The notes beneath the pieces were generated by a model. The model worked only from the letters and a program-made list of their open reading frames with translations, had not been told where the DNA came from and searched no databases. This document shows, piece by piece, positions 58,880-64,000 of a DNA stretch of 64,000 bases (position 1 is the first letter of the stretch; the number at the start of each line of letters is the position of its first letter). The stretch is taken from NCBI GenBank assembly GCA_900299345.1, contig OMJM01000065.1, positions 16,531-80,530 of the forward strand, in the 5' to 3' direction. The stretch is from a bacterium. Its GTDB lineage: Bacteria > Fibrobacterota > Fibrobacteria > UBA11236. Made by a program: the position numbers and the translations under genes.

Positions 58880-61800
58880 GTGGTTTTTTGTACACTATTG
58901 CCCTCCATGTCGCGTCGTATTTTCAGTGCGCTGGCCGTTCTTCTGGCCTTGCGGGCAACGGTCTTGCCGTTCAGCCTGAACCGCAATGCGGCGCACATTG
59001 ACTGGCGCACCGCCGAGACCGAACATTTTCGCTTTCACTACGCCAAGGAACTGGAAGACGCGGCCGGTTACATCGCGGGAATCGCCGAGGGCGTGTACAA
59101 CGACAAGATCCAACGCTACAACATCAAGCTTCCCAACAAGGTGGAGTTCACCATCCGGGACGACATTTTCTCCAACGGCTGGGCGAATTCGATCGAGAAC
59201 ACCATGAACATCTGGGTGACGGACTGGGACTTCCCGGTGCGCAGCACCCACAACTGGCTCAAGGACGTGGTGACGCATGAGTTCTCTCATCTGGTCTCCA
59301 TCCAATCCGGAAGCAAGCTGCCAAGCTACATCCAGGGCGTGGTGATCGGATTCCAGGACTATTACAACAAACCGGTGCAGGGGGATTTTGCCACCATCAT
59401 TCCGTTCACGGGTCAGCCAAACTGGTTCGCGGAAGGTGTTGCGCAATATGAATCCGAACGATCGGGTTACGATGCGTGGGATTCGCATCGCGACATGATG
59501 CTGCGCGTAGCGGCGCTGGACAACAAGCTGCTCCCCATCGAACGCATGGAGACTTTTGCCGGCATCAGCATTGACTACGAGAAGGGACCGTACACGCAGG
59601 GTTTCGCATTGACGCGTTTCATCTCGGCGCGCTACGGCGACGCAGCTTTGATTCGGTTGTGGGCTGAATATTCACGGTTGCATCGCCAGACCATGTCGGG
59701 CGCAATGAAGCGAGTACTGGGAAAAACCGATCGTCAGGTATATGAGGAATGGCGGGATGAAACCACCGCGCGCTTTGCCGAACAGGTCAAGGCGCTGGGC
59801 CCACAAGTGTATGGACAGAAGTTGACCTCGAAAGGATTCTACAACTATTACCCGCGCTGGGATCACCGGGATAGCGGTATCTTCTTCGCCAGCAATGCTG
59901 GGCGCGACGATTTCCGTGCGCCTGTGCGGCATCTCAAGCTGGCGGACACCACGAAAAAGGAAGAGGAGCGGCTGGAAGGTGTGCCAGGTGTGCGCGGACA
60001 ATTCGATGTCGCGCCGGACGACAGCACCTTCGTCTTTGCTTCGGCCAGAGAGACGGACAAGAACGGCATTCACAAGATCGACGTTTATCAGCGCAAGGCT
60101 CTGCGGGACGTTCCGTTTTTCGAGAACAAGGATCCGACTGAGAAGCGCGTCACCAAGGAATTGAATGCGGCGAATCCCAGCTATAGCCGGGACGGATCGA
60201 AGGTGGTATTCGTGCGCGCTGAACCTGGTTTGTTCCGGTTGTGCGTGGCGCCGGTTCCCGAAGGCCGCAAGTTGGACCCGGAAGAAGTGAAGACCATTTT
60301 CCCTTCAGACTCCTTGGTGCGGGGTAAATTCGGGTTCAATATCTATACACCCAAGTTCTCTCCGGACGGGAAACGCATCCTGTTCTCCTACTTCGACGGC
60401 GAAACGCGCAACGTCGGTTTGATCAACACGGATGGCAGCGGCTTTGTTCCGATCCTTGCGAGACCTTATGACGAACGTGATCCCGAATGGGCTCCGGATG
60501 GAAAATCGTTCTTCTTTTCCGCTGACAGTAACGGCATCTACAACATCTACCGCTATACGTTCGACAGTCGCACCATTCAAGCCCTGACCAACGTGGTCGG
60601 CGGCGCATTTTCTCCGGCCGTGGATTCCAGCGGAACGAAGATCGCCTATATCAACTACGACAAGGACGGATTTTCCCTTTACCTGTTGAAGGATGTTAAG
60701 CCCCCGGCGCAACCGCTCAGTGGCGCGTTCCCGGTGCATCCGCAAACGGCCGACGTCGAAGCCATGGAGTTGTCGGGCAAGAGCGAGAAATATCTGCCCA
60801 TTCCCACGCGCGGGATTCTCACACCCATCGTATTTGGCGAGCAGCTGGTCGCCAGCAACCATCAGGCGCGCAATGCCGACACCAAGTGGCTGATCGGTGC
60901 GTCGGGGTACATGAACGATCCGGTGCTCAAAAACGAGATCGGCGCGGCCTTGCTCGTCGAGACCGGAAAAGGGATCGACTATTTTGGCGCGCACGATGAA
61001 ATTCTGTCTCCGGACAAGGAGTCGCAGTTCTTCCTCAACGTTTCCAATCATTCCACGGCGGTCACCTTGAGCGCCGCGTTCGCGCGGGGTAATCTGACCA
61101 GCTCAGACACGGTGCGCATCCGCAGCGTGGATGGAACGGATCGCGATACCCTCCAAACCCAGAACTACGCGCTGACTTTCCGCGATGCGCAGGTTTCGGC
61201 CACCTACAATCTGTTCGATGCTTCGGCCGTGGGCGACGAGGAACGCGCCAGTTTCGTCAAACTCACCGGCGGTTACAACTGGAACGACTTCAACTTCTAC
61301 GATCTGGCCGAGGGCGTGGGTTTCGCGTTCACCTATTACAAGAGTCTTTATCTCAACGCATTGTTCAACCTTTATGGCGCGGATTACGACGATAAGGGAC
61401 TCGTGGCTCCGTCGGGATTTGCGGCCGCCTTGGGATATACGTTGAGCCAAAGCGATCTCGTGCGCAACGGCACCTTCCAGGAAACCTTCACCTTCAATTC
61501 CAATGGCACCTTGAGCCCCAATTATCGAACCTACCTGATTCATGATCTCGAAGCCGGGGCGACGTACGGCATGCCCATGCCGTGGTCCAAGCACAGCGCG
61601 CTGGTGGCGTCGGGTTTTGTCGGCAGCATCCTCAATTGGAAGCGCACAAGCACCGATACGGCGCGCGACACGCTGGATGATTTTTTCAGGAAGGGATTGT
61701 TCCTGCGCGGCTACCCGTACCTGCGCGACGTCGAACATCTGGCGTTCACGGGCGAGAACACCGCCACCCTCAGCGTGGACATGAACCAGCCGCTGTGGTC

Positions 61801-62233
61801 CGACATTTACGCCCGTTTCTGGACTGTGTTCGTGGAGGACATCTACGCGGATCTATTCTGGGAGGCGGGTCGCGCGTGGGATGGCCCGCTGTGGGGTGCG
61901 GATCTGTTTACGCCTTCGGCATGGGACACGCGCAAGCATCCCGACGGCTGGCATCAGACCGTGGGCCTGAGCTTCAAGGTCAACGCGCGGATTTATCACA
62001 ACTATCCCTTTCTCATGTACGTGGATCTGGACAAGGCGTTGTCGCAAATTTCCGACGGCAAGGGCGGCAGCGAGGACGTGAGCACCATCAAGCTTCACAT
62101 CGGCAACGGTTCGTATAACACCCAGCTGACGCAGATCCGTTTCGGTGTGGCGTTCGGATTGTACAACGGGTTGCTGGGTCGCACGTCGGCGCGCCATCCG
62201 ATGAACCCGAGGTCGCCCTTTGCCGCGCAGTGA
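58880..62233 (+). CDS. large secreted multidomain protein: HEXXH zinc-peptidase-like N-terminal domain, TolB-like beta-propeller (PD40) repeats, C-terminal beta-barrel-like region
   Basis: Signal peptide (MSRRIFSALAVLLALRA). VVTHEFSHLVSIQ with a downstream WFAEGVAQYE (a gluzincin-like HEXXH...E arrangement). PD40-like repeats (KFSPDGKRILFSY, EWAPDGKSFFFSADSNGIYNIYRY, AFSPAVDSSGTKIAYINY). Gly/aromatic-rich C-terminal ~450 aa. Confidence 0.65.
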   Translation: MVFCTLLPSMSRRIFSALAVLLALRATVLPFSLNRNAAHIDWRTAETEHFRFHYAKELEDAAGYIAGIAEGVYNDKIQRYNIKLPNKVEFTIRDDIFSNGWANSIENTMNIWVTDWDFPVRSTHNWLKDVVTHEFSHLVSIQSGSKLPSYIQGVVIGFQDYYNKPVQGDFATIIPFTGQPNWFAEGVAQYESERSGYDAWDSHRDMMLRVAALDNKLLPIERMETFAGISIDYEKGPYTQGFALTRFISARYGDAALIRLWAEYSRLHRQTMSGAMKRVLGKTDRQVYEEWRDETTARFAEQVKALGPQVYGQKLTSKGFYNYYPRWDHRDSGIFFASNAGRDDFRAPVRHLKLADTTKKEEERLEGVPGVRGQFDVAPDDSTFVFASARETDKNGIHKIDVYQRKALRDVPFFENKDPTEKRVTKELNAANPSYSRDGSKVVFVRAEPGLFRLCVAPVPEGRKLDPEEVKTIFPSDSLVRGKFGFNIYTPKFSPDGKRILFSYFDGETRNVGLINTDGSGFVPILARPYDERDPEWAPDGKSFFFSADSNGIYNIYRYTFDSRTIQALTNVVGGAFSPAVDSSGTKIAYINYDKDGFSLYLLKDVKPPAQPLSGAFPVHPQTADVEAMELSGKSEKYLPIPTRGILTPIVFGEQLVASNHQARNADTKWLIGASGYMNDPVLKNEIGAALLVETGKGIDYFGAHDEILSPDKESQFFLNVSNHSTAVTLSAAFARGNLTSSDTVRIRSVDGTDRDTLQTQNYALTFRDAQVSATYNLFDASAVGDEERASFVKLTGGYNWNDFNFYDLAEGVGFAFTYYKSLYLNALFNLYGADYDDKGLVAPSGFAAALGYTLSQSDLVRNGTFQETFTFNSNGTLSPNYRTYLIHDLEAGATYGMPMPWSKHSALVASGFVGSILNWKRTSTDTARDTLDDFFRKGLFLRGYPYLRDVEHLAFTGENTATLSVDMNQPLWSDIYARFWTVFVEDIYADLFWEAGRAWDGPLWGADLFTPSAWDTRKHPDGWHQTVGLSFKVNARIYHNYPFLMYVDLDKALSQISDGKGGSEDVSTIKLHIGNGSYNTQLTQIRFGVAFGLYNGLLGRTSARHPMNPRSPFAAQ

Positions 62234-63098
62234 CTCCAAGGTCCGTGCCTGGGCCTATGTCAACGGCGTTGTGACACCGGCGGATCGCGCCGTCATTTCC
62301 ATCTTCGATCGCGGTCTGGTGCTGGGTGATGGTTTGTTCGAAACCTTGCGGGTCCGCAACGGTCGTCCGGAATTTCTCAACCTCCATTACCGCCGGTTTC
62401 AGAAGTCGGCAAGACGGTTGCGGTTGCGCATGCCGGTTTCGGAAAAAACATTGCGGGAGATTCTCGCGGATCTCCGCCGCAAGAGTCGTCTCGACGATGC
62501 GGTGGCGCGCATCACCCTGACCCGCGGCCGCTATCTCGGCGGCCTGTCCATCGATCCCAAAATCCCGCCGTCGCTGATCGTGACGCTGTCGCACGTGTCC
62601 GGGCTTCCCGCCGCTTTGTACGAGCATGGAGTCAAGGTCGCCATCTCCGGCATCAACAAAACTGCAGCGTCGGGTCTCGATCCCGGCGTGAAGTCCACCA
62701 ATTATCTGGCCAATATCTTTGCCAAGGCCGACGCGGACAAGAAGGGGTGCTACGAGGCCATCCTGCTCGGGGCGCGGGGTGAGATCGCCGAACTTTCGAC
62801 GTCGAGCTTCTTCTGCGTCATCAATGGTGTCGTGGTCACACCGCCCATCGACACCGGTATTTTGCCCGGCATCACCCGGCAGGTTTTGCTTCGCGAGATG
62901 AAGCGCAAGCGGATCCCCTACCGCGAGGCGGATATTTTCCCCCGCGACATTCCGCGCATGTCCGAGGCATTCTTAAGCTCTTCGGTGCGGGGGTTGGTGC
63001 CGATTACGAAGATCGAGAAGTTGAAGATAGGGGATGGGAAAGTTGGATCGGTATATCGCAGGCTTAGGGAAGTTTATGCGGAGACGTGTGGGGAATAG
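62220..63098 (+). CDS. aminotransferase class IV (aminodeoxychorismate lyase / branched-chain aminotransferase-like)
   Basis: 292 aa. Fold type IV PLP motifs (FDRGLVLGDGLFETLR, E..S..SFF, ILPGITR). Confidence 0.7.
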   Translation: MPRSDSKVRAWAYVNGVVTPADRAVISIFDRGLVLGDGLFETLRVRNGRPEFLNLHYRRFQKSARRLRLRMPVSEKTLREILADLRRKSRLDDAVARITLTRGRYLGGLSIDPKIPPSLIVTLSHVSGLPAALYEHGVKVAISGINKTAASGLDPGVKSTNYLANIFAKADADKKGCYEAILLGARGEIAELSTSSFFCVINGVVVTPPIDTGILPGITRQVLLREMKRKRIPYREADIFPRDIPRMSEAFLSSSVRGLVPITKIEKLKIGDGKVGSVYRRLREVYAETCGE

Positions 63099-63125
63099 AA
63101 AGAAAGTAGGATTAAGAACTTGGCT

Positions 63126-63985
63126 TTATTCATTATTGTATTCCGATCCGTCATGTTCAGCATCGTCATCTACAGCATAAAACTCAACGGGGTCAAATGT
63201 TATTTTGTTTGTAAACTGGCCACCTAATCCTGCCGCATGTAATTGGGCGTGTCCATGAATTGTTAAGCCACAAGCCGCACATTCAAAATCCATTGGTAGA
63301 ACCGAAGTGCGCACAACGAGCTCTTCATTTTCAAGAGAAGGCTGCTGTTGGGTTATTTCTTCACCTGTGACAAGAGCATTGTTCGCACAAGCAGGACATT
63401 TGACAATATGACCTTTATAGGGGCGCGCATGTCGATTTGCGCTTTTCATAAGTTGTTGGCGTTCCTCTTCTTTTTTGCTCTTCCATACTTCAGAGTAAGC
63501 AGAGATTTGCTTTTGCACAATTTTAGCTGCTTCATCGGCTACGGCCTTTAGCATTGTATCCGCTGCTTTAGCTTCATCTCCTCCGACCAGATCGACCAAT
63601 GATTTTTTTTGGTAGCGTAATAAAACGAACGCCGCTTCGTAAATCGTGGTAGCCATGAATGGTTAGGTAAAGAGGAGAATGGTGTTGCTCCGCTATGTAA
63701 TTCTTCATTGCGTTTGTTAAAAAAACCTCTACTAAACGTTTCCATGTCTTCAGTAAAGGCGGGGACTATTTGTTTGCAACGAGCTAACACATCACTTATT
63801 TGGATAGATTTTGGCACATACCCCTTTACCTTAGGTTCTATCCCTAAAGCATGGAGTAAATGTCGTCCGTCTTGATCTCCCGCCTCTGCGAGCAAAGTTG
63901 GCGAAAGATAAGCGAGGCTTGCTCTAGCGACGAACTCTAACGCAAGTGAACTCCAAAAAGGAAAAAGTTCTGAATCTCTAGGCAT
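63126..63985 (-). pseudogene. low-GC hypothetical gene apparently split by a frameshift at an A9 homopolymer (two overlapping ORFs 63548..63985 and 63126..63656)
   Basis: Both frames are open across the run AAAAAAAAA (63603..63611). Joined, the product would be ~300 aa with a C-terminal CPAC...CAAC zinc-ribbon-like pair. The region is markedly AT-richer than the flanks. Confidence 0.4.
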
Positions 63986-64000
63986 TTCGAGAGCGCGCCC

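Noticed and set aside
1-64000. CRISPR arrays, rRNA genes, IS elements or transposases.
   Set aside because: I saw no regularly spaced direct repeats, no rRNA-like conserved segments, and no transposase- or integrase-like ORFs by reading the sequence and the ORF track.

Overview
This 64 kb window is high-GC (about 60%) bacterial chromosome, most likely from a member of the Fibrobacteres-Chlorobi-Bacteroidetes (FCB) group. Four secreted proteins end in type IX secretion (T9SS) C-terminal sorting domains. The primary sigma factor is the short (~285 aa) Bacteroidetes-type SigA. Most of the window is housekeeping: gatA, truA, slyD, aguB-aguA (agmatine to putrescine), rsmB, proB-proA-hisI, tilS-ftsH-folP, tRNA-Val(CAC), purF, thrH, nhaA, htpX, ppx-ppk, rpoD, tex, rpiA, an htrA-family protease, trpF, trxA, ftsY, clpP and cysS. 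I found no CRISPR array, rRNA, integrase or transposase. The features worth a second look are these. (1) An accessory stretch at 27.1-31.7 kb holds VapBC, a T9SS alginate-lyase-like protein, and a one-TM hypothetical. The last two are each preceded by a near-identical ~56-nt upstream element. This is followed by a 1.5 kb low-GC islet encoding a membrane-anchored Mrr_cat restriction-endonuclease-like protein and a ParD/ParE pair. (2) A chimeric gene remnant next to tRNA-Val fuses the N-terminal third of a P-type ATPase in-frame to the C-terminal part of an SRAP (YedK/DUF159) protein. (3) ppk1 is interrupted by a single in-frame TAA. (4) An orphan tandem SagB/ThcOx-type dehydrogenase appears to share an operon with an EamA exporter. 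Divergently transcribed from it is an 1117-aa protein with HEXXH, TolB-propeller and beta-barrel regions. (5) A 46-bp perfect palindrome straddles the gatA stop codon. A stem-loop family with a shared TCGATACACC core sits just after ftsH and thrH. (6) A standalone protein of four tandem helicase-associated (HA) domains follows an unusually long structured intergenic region. (7) A likely frameshift at an A9 run splits a low-GC gene at the window end. All calls come from reading ORF translations and nucleotide sequence by eye. No database search was run.
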